Source: an uncultured Acidimicrobiales bacterium (lineage in GTDB: Bacteria > Actinomycetota > Acidimicrobiia > Acidimicrobiales > SZUA-35). From it: a stretch of 64,000 nt of DNA. The position numbers were made by a program, and so were the translations under genes. Location of the stretch: the NCBI GenBank assembly GCA_937922805.1, contig CALAJV010000008.1, positions 15,475-79,474 of the forward strand, given 5' to 3'. Numbering within the stretch: position 1 is the first letter of the stretch; every line of letters begins with the position of its first letter. Of the stretch, positions 54,087 to 62,893 are shown piece after piece. A model generated the notes under the pieces. That model was not told where the DNA came from and made no database searches. It saw nothing but the letters and a program-made list of their open reading frames with translations.

Positions 54087-54611
54087 ATGTGCAAAGACAA
54101 TTTTGACGCTCTCGTTAACGACGAGAGCCAACAAGACGGCGACACATCGACCGCCGACGGGGTGAAACGGCGCGGCCTAGCCATCGCGCTAGCATCGGCA
54201 ATGTTGCTTGGCTTACTGGCTCTCGTCGGCGCGGCCCAAGCCGCAGCCATCCCTGACGATGGCAATCGTGGCGACGGATACTGGAGCGCCGATGAAGAAT
54301 ACGTACCGCCGACCCTGACGCCTTGTACCGATCCTGACGGTGACGGCTGGGGCTGGAACGGGTTCGAGACGTGTGAGATGGACGGCCACGACCAAGTTGT
54401 TAGCGACGAAACCGACTACTACGACTATTGGGCGGGCGAAGGCCACCCTGACACCTACGCAGGAGAAATTAGAACGATCACCATCGTGTGTGTTGATACC
54501 GACGGCGACGGCTGGGGTTGGGCCGAGTACGAAGGCGAGGGCTACAGCTGCCAAGGCCCGTACCACTACATCTCGATGGAACCAAACCATGGCGGCTTCG
54601 GCCGGGGCTAG
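54087..54611 (+). CDS. Small secreted protein with two Cys-flanked DGDGWGW modules; leader paralogous to the giant protein
   Basis: 'VKRRGLAIALASAMLLGLLALVGAAQAA|AIPDDGNRG', then 'CTDPDGDGWGWNGFETC' and 'CVDTDGDGWGWAEYEGEGYSC'. It is transcribed divergently from 48651-53792. Both genes start ATGTGC behind similar GGTGGGT(C/T)(T)CTT(C/A)A sequences. Confidence 0.7.
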   Translation: MCKDNFDALVNDESQQDGDTSTADGVKRRGLAIALASAMLLGLLALVGAAQAAAIPDDGNRGDGYWSADEEYVPPTLTPCTDPDGDGWGWNGFETCEMDGHDQVVSDETDYYDYWAGEGHPDTYAGEIRTITIVCVDTDGDGWGWAEYEGEGYSCQGPYHYISMEPNHGGFGRG

Positions 54612-54628
54612 AACTAGATTCAATACTT

Positions 54629-54664
54629 GGTGTCAGCAGAATCGTCTGCGGTTCTGCTGACACC
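54629..54664. terminator. Perfect 13-bp stem / 10-nt loop hairpin between convergent genes
   Basis: ggtgtcagcagaa-tcgtctgcgg-ttctgctgacacc. It lies between the stop of 54087-54611 (+) and the stop of lon (-), followed by gttt on the + strand. Confidence 0.55.
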
Positions 54665-54713
54665 GTTTCGAGGTTGAGTTACCGCCAGCCATGCCAGTGT
54701 CGATCCAACAGCA

Positions 54714-57167
54714 TTAACCGTCGGACGAATCGACCAGCGCCAGTTCAAGAACTTCATCTATGTCTTCGACTAAATGAATGGTCATCGCTTGACGAATGTC
54801 ATCGGGGACGTCATCGAGATCTCGACCGTTGTCGGCCGGCAACACAACGGTGGTAATTCCCGCTCGGTGGGCGGCCAGCACTTTTTGTTTCACGCCACCT
54901 ATCGGAAGCACTCGACCGTTAAGTGAAACTTCTCCAGTCATCGCCAAATCAGACCGAACCTTCCGGCCAGAAAGCAGGCTGGTAAGGGCTGTCGTCATAG
55001 TGACTCCGGCGCTTGGACCGTCTTTGGGAACTGCCCCAGCGGGGAAGTGGACGTGTATCCGCTTGTCAGCGGGAAGCTTGTTTCGACTTGACACTACTGA
55101 TCGAACAATGGTCGCTGACTCTTTCATAACATCACCGAGTTGGCCGGTGAGAATGGGTTCTGGTGAGGCTCCTTCTGGGGCGTCGACCAACGCAGTTTCG
55201 ACGAACAAGACATCGCCACCGGCCCCGGTTACGGCCAGACCAGTAGCGATACCAGGACGATCGATTCGATTAGCGACTTGCTCGTTTGGCAGTGGTTTAC
55301 CCAACAGATCATCGAGTTGATCAACCGTCACTGTTGCTGGAGTCTCCAACTCGCCGACTGCAATTGCGGTCGCGGTTTTGCGGAGCACTTTGTCGAGCTG
55401 GCGTTCTAGCCGCCGAACTCCGGCCTCTCGGGTGTAGTCGGCGGCGATTGCAGCCAATACATCCTCGCCGACTAGTACATCGTCTTGGCCAAGTCCGTTG
55501 TCGGCTACTAACCGATCCATTAAGTGATCCCGGGCGATTACGGTCTTTTCAGCCGAGGTGTAGCCTTCGATCCCGATGATTTCCATTCGGTCGAGAAGGG
55601 GTCCAGGTATCGAGTCCAAAACGTTGGCGGTGGCAACGAACACCACATCGGACAGGTCGAGCTCAAACTCAAGATAGTGATCGCGGAACGAGTGGTTCTG
55701 CGCTGGGTCTAATACCTCAAGTAGCGCAGCTGACGGGTCGCCTTGCCAACCACCGCTAACTTTGTCGACTTCATCTAACAGGATGACCGGGTTCATTGTA
55801 CCCGCCTCTTTCAAGGCGGCGACTAGACGGCCGGGACGAGCGCCTACATACGTTCGACGATGACCTCGAATTTCGGCCTCATCTCGAATGCCGCCGAGAG
55901 CCAGCCGAACGAATGAACGACCCAGCGCATCAGCGATTGATTGCCCGAGGGAAGTTTTGCCGACCCCAGGAGGTCCGACTAAGGCCAAGATGGCCCCACC
56001 GCGAGGGCGTCGCCGAGATTCCGGTAGCTCCTCGTTGCCAGTTTGATCTGCTGTTTGATCTGCTGTCTGACTTTCTGTCTGCCTTTCGATTTGACCGCCC
56101 GTTTGAGCCGCTCGCAGCTTTCGAACCGCGAGATGCTCGATGAGTCGATCTTTAACATCGTCGAGCCCGGTGTGGTCGCCGTCAAGGATCGCCCGGGCCG
56201 CTTCGAGGTCGAGCTGTTCGCTCGAACGCTTGGCCCACGGGAGGTCAAAAACGGTCTCGAGCCAGGTTCGTATCCAACTTGACTCCATCGATTCGCCACC
56301 GGATCGCTCGAGGCGGTCGAGCTCTTTGCTAATGGATGTGGCTACCTTTTCGCTCAGGTGGCCTTGGTCGACAAGCTCGGTCAACTGGGATCGATACCCG
56401 GCAATGTCATCTGAAGAACCCTCAGAGCCTTCGACCTCGGCTAGTTCAGATTGAATTGCGGCCAGCTGGCGACGGAGGATAGCTTGCCGTTGGGTTTTGT
56501 CGAGGTCGTCGGTGACATCCTTTCGGATTTTCTCACTAATCTCGATTTCATTCAACGCTGTTTTGGCCCAGTCCAGCGCCAGGCGTAATCGATCGTTTAG
56601 ATCGACGGTTTCCAGCAGTTCGATTCGTTGCTCAAGTTTCAAGTCGGGCCAATATGCTATGGAGTCGGCCAACGCCTCGGGTTGATCAACCGGGGGAATC
56701 ATCGCCGACATGGCTCGACCCCCGATTTTGTTGACTAATGCGATCGCAACCGACCGGTACGAGGTAGCAAGGTCGAAGGTCTCGGCGTCGGGCTCGGGGG
56801 ATGGTGTTGGGGCTGCTTCGACCCACAGGCCGTCGGTTTTACCGACGACTCCGTGGCCGACCCGAGCCCGACGCTCGGCTCGCAACGTGACGGAGGGCGA
56901 GCCGTCACGATTGGTGTTGCGATCTTCAATAGTGGCGATGACTCCAACCGACGCGTAGCTTCCATCGACACGAGGAACAAGAAGCACCCGAACAGGAACC
57001 GGGTCGTTATCCGGCAGCGAGCTCTGGCTCGTCAGTGTTTGGCTATCAATGGCGGCAAGGAGTTGTTTAGCTTCGTCGGACGCCAAAGTAACGGTGACGA
57101 CCATGTCCGGAAACACAACACCATCGGTTGTAGGGAGAACGGGAAGATGAACTGCGGTAGTAGGCAT
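54714..57167 (-). CDS. lon: ATP-dependent Lon protease (endopeptidase La)
   Basis: LON N-domain, Walker A '[11 protein letters not shown]', 'ILLDEVDK', and the protease-domain catalytic Ser block '[15 protein letters not shown]'. A Gln/Thr/Asp-rich insertion ('[18 protein letters not shown]') lies just upstream of Walker A and is encoded by a short tandem DNA repeat at about 56041-56064. Confidence 0.95.
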   Translation of the reverse strand: MPTTAVHLPVLPTTDGVVFPDMVVTVTLASDEAKQLLAAIDSQTLTSQSSLPDNDPVPVRVLLVPRVDGSYASVGVIATIEDRNTNRDGSPSVTLRAERRARVGHGVVGKTDGLWVEAAPTPSPEPDAETFDLATSYRSVAIALVNKIGGRAMSAMIPPVDQPEALADSIAYWPDLKLEQRIELLETVDLNDRLRLALDWAKTALNEIEISEKIRKDVTDDLDKTQRQAILRRQLAAIQSELAEVEGSEGSSDDIAGYRSQLTELVDQGHLSEKVATSISKELDRLERSGGESMESSWIRTWLETVFDLPWAKRSSEQLDLEAARAILDGDHTGLDDVKDRLIEHLAVRKLRAAQTGGQIERQTESQTADQTADQTGNEELPESRRRPRGGAILALVGPPGVGKTSLGQSIADALGRSFVRLALGGIRDEAEIRGHRRTYVGARPGRLVAALKEAGTMNPVILLDEVDKVSGGWQGDPSAALLEVLDPAQNHSFRDHYLEFELDLSDVVFVATANVLDSIPGPLLDRMEIIGIEGYTSAEKTVIARDHLMDRLVADNGLGQDDVLVGEDVLAAIAADYTREAGVRRLERQLDKVLRKTATAIAVGELETPATVTVDQLDDLLGKPLPNEQVANRIDRPGIATGLAVTGAGGDVLFVETALVDAPEGASPEPILTGQLGDVMKESATIVRSVVSSRNKLPADKRIHVHFPAGAVPKDGPSAGVTMTTALTSLLSGRKVRSDLAMTGEVSLNGRVLPIGGVKQKVLAAHRAGITTVVLPADNGRDLDDVPDDIRQAMTIHLVEDIDEVLELALVDSSDG

Positions 57168-57181
57168 TGAAATCCTTCAGC

Positions 57182-57206
57182 AAGATAGCGATGAGAAGAT
57201 AGCGAT
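57182..57206. promoter_or_regulatory. 11-bp direct repeat AAGATAGCGAT x2 (3-nt spacer) just upstream of lon
   Basis: Copies at 57182-57192 and 57196-57206, 15-40 nt upstream of the lon start codon (57167, minus strand). Confidence 0.4.
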
Positions 57207-57239
57207 TAGAATTGGGGACGAATCTATTTCGTAATTTTG

Positions 57240-57251
57240 ATTACATGTAAT
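57240..57251. promoter_or_regulatory. Perfect 12-bp palindrome ATTACATGTAAT in the lon / RHH-like divergent intergenic region
   Basis: The sequence is self-complementary. It is embedded in the only strongly AT-rich segment of this intergenic region. Confidence 0.4.
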
Positions 57252-57322
57252 ATTGAAATGACGGTATAGTCGTAAACACCGCTGGAAGCGGTTGTATTCC
57301 CAGGACTTTCTAGGAGTTCCCT

Positions 57323-57811
57323 ATGGCACGCCCGTCTTGCACCCAGACCGAAGTAGACACTTGGTTCGCTCAGCGGCTACCCGAAACGTGGTTTGATGGC
57401 CCGCCAACGATCCAAGTCGACAAAGATGAAATTCTGGTAGTTGGCGTCCTGGCTGGACCGATTGAAAAAGCCGAAAGTCGGTTGGTTCAATTTCGAGAAG
57501 AAACCCGCCTGCAGCGGATGGAGATCGCAGAAAGCGCTCAGATTCTTTGGAAGCGAACGGTCTCGTGGGGTGCTCAAGCCAATGACGTCGAATCCCGATT
57601 CACAACGGCATCAGTGCCGGTGATGACTCGGCTTCGGTTCGACGAGCGGCGCGTGCTCGATACGTTAATTGATGCGGGTGTGGCCCGTAGCCGATCCGAT
57701 GCTCTTGGCTGGTGTGTCCAACAGGTAGGCCGCAATCAGGAAGAGTGGATCGACCGGCTAAAGGATGCCATGAGCGAAGTAGAGCGAATTCGGAACGAAG
57801 GACCACAGTAA
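57323..57811 (+). CDS. Conserved hypothetical protein with C-terminal ribbon-helix-helix-like segment
   Basis: 'VPVMTRLRFDERRVLDTLIDAGVARSRSDALGWCVQQV' looks like a CopG/RHH-type DNA-binding module. It is transcribed divergently from lon. Confidence 0.5.
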   Translation: MARPSCTQTEVDTWFAQRLPETWFDGPPTIQVDKDEILVVGVLAGPIEKAESRLVQFREETRLQRMEIAESAQILWKRTVSWGAQANDVESRFTTASVPVMTRLRFDERRVLDTLIDAGVARSRSDALGWCVQQVGRNQEEWIDRLKDAMSEVERIRNEGPQ

Positions 57812-57840
57812 AGGCGAGACATCGTCAACTGGTCAACTTC

Positions 57841-58311
57841 TTAGCTTCCCGCTAGGACCAGCCCGGACTCAAGAAATGCATCAAAGTTCTCCGAAAGGTT
57901 GACCACTGCTTCGTCTGGCTCGAAGCCCTGCATCACGAACACGACAGGTGGGTCGACCTTGACCGAACGAAAGTCGAAGGCTAGGTCCCCGTTTGGGCAC
58001 TCAATGAATGGCACCAGCAGCTCGGGAAAGTCGTTGTCTACCATGACGGAATACCGATACGGAACCGAATAGAAGAAATCGTCAGGCGATTCAACGCATC
58101 CGGGCTCGAACCCTAGAACAAATCCGGCCACGAACCGCATCTCTTGGATCGGCACCTCAGCGTTGTCGGCGATCATTCCCATGTGTTCAGCCAAAAATTC
58201 TACATACGTTTTGGGAAACTCGATTCCGCGAAGGTGCTGGTACTGCTCCAGTTCAGACCGGTCCAGCTCGGTGCTGAGCTTTCCGTACCGTTCCCACTCA
58301 ATTCCAATCAT
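57841..58311 (-). CDS. SMI1/KNR4 (SUKH-1) family immunity protein
   Basis: 'LEQYQHLRGIEFPKTYVEFLAEH' is a SUKH-type N-terminal motif. The ATG at 58311 overlaps the TGA of the upstream toxin gene (ATGA at 58308-58311). Confidence 0.65.
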   Translation of the reverse strand: MIGIEWERYGKLSTELDRSELEQYQHLRGIEFPKTYVEFLAEHMGMIADNAEVPIQEMRFVAGFVLGFEPGCVESPDDFFYSVPYRYSVMVDNDFPELLVPFIECPNGDLAFDFRSVKVDPPVVFVMQGFEPDEAVVNLSENFDAFLESGLVLAGS

Positions 58312-61300
58312 CCTGATCTGCCACCTCCCCAAATTCTCATACCGCCAGTGTGGTTAACCTGGTGTGGTCCCACTCTATCTACTAGCTGTAGCCGCCCAAG
58401 GTCTTGATGGTGGTGCCAGGTTAGGTCGGCCGGAGAGGTAGTCCGGAACGTTCCATCTGGTTTCGGCCAAATGTGAGCGAGTTGGGCATCGTCCAGCCCT
58501 ATGCGATTTACCAACGTCGGGTCTTCCAAAATCGCCTCATAAAGCTTCTGGTTCGCCGCAGCGAAGTGCGGTCCGTCCTTGCCACCGTGTAGAACGGCGT
58601 CGGAAACCACATCATCGATAGCGGTGTCGAAGTGGGAGTCGAGTTCGATGAAGCCATTCTCATCGAAGCGGGCTGTTTTGTAGCGTCCGTTCTCGACATT
58701 TCGTGAGTTGATTAGGTTGACCCATTCCCCTCCCCCATTAGCGTTCGGCACCCAGACCTCGCGACCGACACCGTCGGGTCGGGGCCGCGTCAGCGGCTTT
58801 CTTGTAGGGTCATCGATCAGCCGGAGATCAGCATCAGTGGCCGTGATGCCTCTGGTGCCGACCGTTGGAGGAGGCAGGTCAAGCTCGTCGAGAATGGTCA
58901 CGACCTCAGCCGCGCTTCTGCCGTCAGACAATAGCTCTCTCGCTATTTTGTCTTCGTTCACGGCCAAGATGGCGGCATAACGATCCATGAACTCCCGTGA
59001 GCTCAGCTGATCGGCTTCACCGGCTAACGCCCGAAGATCAGCGTTGGTAGATCGACGGGCTATCTCAACCAGCTCATCGGTCGTGTTTTTCAACGTAATC
59101 TGCGACGACGCATCACCGAGATTGACAATCCGTTGCCCTCTTCGAATCAGTCGAGCAGCGGTGAAGATGTCGCCCAAGCCACCGGTAGCAGCAATAGCTA
59201 CGTTGAGCGGATCGTCAGCCTCAATGAAGGCATAGACCTCTAGGGCTGCCAGTCCGATCAAGCCCGCTTTCACCCACAGCGGGGCCGCTGCACCACCGGA
59301 GTACACAACGGTGGCGGTAACCGCGGCGGCCAACCCAATCCATCCGATTAGTTCACCGAACTCTTCCCACCCAAAGGTGTCTTCTCCTAGCCCAAACTGG
59401 CGGCCGGTTTCAACCAGGTCGATAATGGTCGGAGGTACATTTGGGTTGCCCTTATTGGCATCCAGCCACGCTTCGATTTGATCTTCGTGGAGGTTTGCCG
59501 GGCGGTTACCATCGTCATCAGGTGGATTGATCTCGTCGTAGAGAGGCCCGAGTCGAGCAGTCAGAATCATCTGAACAACAAGGGCTTGGGTGTCTTCCCG
59601 AGTGATATGGAAGTCGCTAGCTCCGGCCGATTGATACTCTCCACCCGGACCCATGAACGTGTCGTTGCCCGCCGCTCCCGGCAAAAGCTCGAAGATTATT
59701 GCGTTCTCAGGCTTGGTGAGCTCGATAGCCAGCTCTTGTAAACCTTCGGGTATGTCATGGAAAACCGAGGCCTCTCCAGCAGCGATTTGGCGCAACGCTT
59801 CTTCATGGCCGAGCGCCCAGCCGTTGCCAAAGTTATGAAGCCAAGCGGCGTACTCGCCGTAGGATGAGACAAGGCCAATCTGATCGTCATCCAGCGGAAG
59901 ATCGACCTGCGGAGAACCTTCAAGGAATCGAGCCTCTTGCACTGTTTGCAGAACTGAGAGCTCAACCGCCAACGACTGTTTGACCTCATCAGGTACATCG
60001 AGATTTTCAACTTGATCGGGTGAGACCGGGTTGCCGAGGGCATCGGTGTCGTAGACCAAGCGCAACCGGCGAACTCTGTCGTTGGTTGAGTCCTCGTCGA
60101 CAGCCGATATCGCTATTCGACCAGCGTCAGCAGCAGGAACACCGCCGATCATCGCTTGGTTGACAAACTCCGTGGCGTCTTCGTCGTGATCTACAAGTTC
60201 GGAAACTCGAACTCGACGCTCGAGCCAGAGTTCGTTGAACTCAGCGTCTGTTAGCTGATCCGGATTGGCGAGTTGAGCGTCGATCTCATCGATTCGGACG
60301 GCGGCTGCATATTGGTCATCGTCGAGTCCGTAGTTAGGAGCGGCTAACGCGGTTGCCAATGTCGACCGCAGGTTTTGGGGTGGCAGATCGTCGAAACCTG
60401 AGACACCTCCAACCCAACGGGAATCATCGGACTCGGCAACAAGGTCGGGGTAGGTATCGAGAACGTAGTTTGTAAGCTGCTGGCCACCAGCCGAAATGGT
60501 GCCGTCGCTTTCAATGGTCGAACCAAGTAGCTGATCCAGAAGCTGCTGCCTCCGGTAAGGCTGGTTGGCGTGTGAATATCCATCGTGGCTTGGGCCGACC
60601 GTTTGATTGCTGAGAATAAATCCTGACTCATCGAGATCAAGGGCATCGACTAGCAGATTCAGCGCCGGCTGACCGTCAACTCTGGCCGAGGTCAAATCAT
60701 CAACTAGAGCGCCTTGCTCGCTCTCGGGTAAGAGAAGTAGACCTTGGGTAACAAGCATGGTGGCCGCCTGCTCGTTTAGGTAGTTGCCTTCAGCATCTGG
60801 ATCTAGATCGGCCTGAGTGTGGATACCCATCTCGATCATTACTTCAGCGATGAGAGCCCGACGGTCGGGGTCTTCTTCGCCTGCGGCATTGGCATACTCG
60901 TAGATCGCTATACCCAAAGTTTGATGGGGTTCGTACCGGTCATTCCCCTCCATGGCTCCATCGATGATGTCTTCTAGTTCAGCCTCGATCTCAGCTTTCG
61001 CTGCTTCGTTCTCGATTTCTTCTAATCGATCTTTGTCTTCATCAAGCGGGATGTCTTCATCTGATAACGAGAAACCGGCATGAGTCAACGCTCGGTTAAC
61101 AGCAGCGTAGGGCGCGGTGTAGACCCCGTTCACGCCGGTTCCGTCGAGCAGCGCATCATGGATCTTCTCGACGAACCCGTTGTTGTATTTCGCTTCCGCG
61201 ATCAGCTCGGCAAAAGGGTCGTTGCTCCCCGAGTAGTTTGACTTGGCGGCCAAAGGCGTGACTCCGGAATCGCCAAGGACCGACCCGGTTGACGTCCGTT

Positions 61301-61463
61301 GGCTGACAACCCCATCGAACGTTCCTTCCAACCCGGCCACATAGCCGGTTCCTTGGGTGAAAAAAACAGCAAGATCTTCCGTTTTGGCCTGGACCTGATG
61401 GCCAAAGGCGTTTAATCCGTCTCTCTCATCAGCGCCCATCGTGAACCTCAACCAGGCAAACAC
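58308..61463 (-). CDS. Polymorphic toxin with C-terminal WHH-type HNH/EndoVII nuclease domain
   Basis: C-terminus 'RFDENGFIELDSHF...GPHFAAANQKL...DLTWHHHQDLGRLQLVDRVGPHQVNHTGGMRIWGG' matches the Tox-WHH pattern. About 900 aa lie upstream with no signal peptide. A hydrophobic block ('IGWIGLAAAVTATVVYSGGAAAPLWVKAGLIGLAALEVYAFI') precedes the toxin tip. The start is the GTG at 61463 or the ATG at 61439. Confidence 0.7.
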   Translation of the reverse strand: MFAWLRFTMGADERDGLNAFGHQVQAKTEDLAVFFTQGTGYVAGLEGTFDGVVSQRTSTGSVLGDSGVTPLAAKSNYSGSNDPFAELIAEAKYNNGFVEKIHDALLDGTGVNGVYTAPYAAVNRALTHAGFSLSDEDIPLDEDKDRLEEIENEAAKAEIEAELEDIIDGAMEGNDRYEPHQTLGIAIYEYANAAGEEDPDRRALIAEVMIEMGIHTQADLDPDAEGNYLNEQAATMLVTQGLLLLPESEQGALVDDLTSARVDGQPALNLLVDALDLDESGFILSNQTVGPSHDGYSHANQPYRRQQLLDQLLGSTIESDGTISAGGQQLTNYVLDTYPDLVAESDDSRWVGGVSGFDDLPPQNLRSTLATALAAPNYGLDDDQYAAAVRIDEIDAQLANPDQLTDAEFNELWLERRVRVSELVDHDEDATEFVNQAMIGGVPAADAGRIAISAVDEDSTNDRVRRLRLVYDTDALGNPVSPDQVENLDVPDEVKQSLAVELSVLQTVQEARFLEGSPQVDLPLDDDQIGLVSSYGEYAAWLHNFGNGWALGHEEALRQIAAGEASVFHDIPEGLQELAIELTKPENAIIFELLPGAAGNDTFMGPGGEYQSAGASDFHITREDTQALVVQMILTARLGPLYDEINPPDDDGNRPANLHEDQIEAWLDANKGNPNVPPTIIDLVETGRQFGLGEDTFGWEEFGELIGWIGLAAAVTATVVYSGGAAAPLWVKAGLIGLAALEVYAFIEADDPLNVAIAATGGLGDIFTAARLIRRGQRIVNLGDASSQITLKNTTDELVEIARRSTNADLRALAGEADQLSSREFMDRYAAILAVNEDKIARELLSDGRSAAEVVTILDELDLPPPTVGTRGITATDADLRLIDDPTRKPLTRPRPDGVGREVWVPNANGGGEWVNLINSRNVENGRYKTARFDENGFIELDSHFDTAIDDVVSDAVLHGGKDGPHFAAANQKLYEAILEDPTLVNRIGLDDAQLAHIWPKPDGTFRTTSPADLTWHHHQDLGRLQLVDRVGPHQVNHTGGMRIWGGGRSG

Positions 61464-61739
61464 AACGGCACAAACGGGGACTGCAGCGGGGGTGGGCGAA
61501 ACTCGCCATGTCGCGCATTGTAGAACCGGTGTTGATTAATGGGAATGGGGAGCACTCCCCGCTTTTCCACTCTTAATCGCCGTTTGGTGGCGGCCAACGA
61601 CCGGGCTCAAGCGGGCACGACGCCGAGATCGATAACATGCCGCTGAGACGGCCCGGCTTGGCTCCCGCTATCGACACAGCTATCGCCCCATGAGTGACTG
61701 GCAAACTGACTTGGCGGCCGGGCAGCAACTTGGTACAAG

Positions 61740-62825
61740 ATGTTGGTCATGGACATCGGAGTATGCATTGCGAGTATGGCCACCGACATCGACTACGTGG
61801 TTGAGGCCGAGCGCCTTGGTTTTAGTCACGCCTGGTTCGCCGACAGTCAAATGATCTGGAGCGATGTGTACGCCTGCCTTGCCCTCGCCGCCGATCGCAC
61901 GACAACGATAAGACTTGGCACCGGTGTGTCAGTGGCTGCGACGAGACCAGCCCCAGTCACCGCAGCATCAATGGCCACCATAAACGCGTTGGCTCCGGGT
62001 CGAACCTTTTGCGGCATCGGCACTGGTAACACGGCCATGCGCATAATGGGTCACAAGCCAATGACAATCAACCAGTTCGACCGCTACCTTGGCGAACTCA
62101 AACCGCTTCTTGCCGGTCAAGAATCGCTGGTCGATTGGCGAGGCAAGGTTTCTCCAGTTCGCCACATCATGCCCGATGCCGGATTCGCCAATTTTGATGA
62201 TCCAATCCCACTGTATGTTTCCGGTTTTGGTCCTCGCTCTTTGGCGCTGGCCGGCAAGCACGGTGATGGCATGGTCCTTTCAATCCCTCCGGTGCCAGAA
62301 ATCATGGAACGGGTATGGGCAACTGTGGCGGCCGGAGCAGCCGATCATGGCCGCCGAATCGACCAGGACGATTTTCCTACATGCTCCCTAACAACCATCG
62401 TCGTGCTGGAACCCGGTGAGGCTACCGACAGCAGTCGGGTCAAAGCGCAGTGCGGCGCATTCGCAATTGCCTCGCTGCACTACGCATATGACCAGTGGAG
62501 AAACTACGGTCGATTACCGTCGAACCCGGCGGTGAAAACGGTTTGGGACGATTACGTCGCCCTACTAGACGAGACGCCAGAAGCTATTCGCCACCAGCGA
62601 GTGCACGCAGGCCACAATTGTTGGGTCGTTCCCGAAGAGGAACGATTCGTGACTGGCGAATTGATCGAATCCACTTGCCTAGTCGGCGAACCGGAGAACT
62701 TGGCCGACCGGCTCAAAGATCTCAAAGTAGCCGGACTCGACCAAGTGATGATCCTGCCGCCGTTGGAGCCACGCTACGACGTACTAGCCGATGTCGGAGC
62801 GAAACTACTTCCGCTCCTCACCTAG
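61740..62825 (+). CDS. LLM-class flavin/F420-dependent oxidoreductase
   Basis: 'AERLGFSHAWFADSQMIWSDVYACLALAA', 'RLGTGVSVAATRPAPVTAASMATINALAPGRTFCGIGTGN', and C-terminal 'LKDLKVAGLDQVMILP'. Confidence 0.8.
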   Translation: MLVMDIGVCIASMATDIDYVVEAERLGFSHAWFADSQMIWSDVYACLALAADRTTTIRLGTGVSVAATRPAPVTAASMATINALAPGRTFCGIGTGNTAMRIMGHKPMTINQFDRYLGELKPLLAGQESLVDWRGKVSPVRHIMPDAGFANFDDPIPLYVSGFGPRSLALAGKHGDGMVLSIPPVPEIMERVWATVAAGAADHGRRIDQDDFPTCSLTTIVVLEPGEATDSSRVKAQCGAFAIASLHYAYDQWRNYGRLPSNPAVKTVWDDYVALLDETPEAIRHQRVHAGHNCWVVPEEERFVTGELIESTCLVGEPENLADRLKDLKVAGLDQVMILPPLEPRYDVLADVGAKLLPLLT

Positions 62826-62893
62826 AGCTCTCGGCCATTTCGGGTGACCCCGTCGCGTTCATCCAGTTCGATTCGGCTGATAGTCTCAGCTTC

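Noticed and set aside
62495-62893. N-terminal 133 aa of the tracked 456-aa ORF (Arg/Pro/Ser-rich).
   Set aside because: It overlaps the well-supported LLM oxidoreductase (61740-62825) in a different frame and has junk-like composition. The EEP protein most plausibly starts after 62825 (GTG at 62894).
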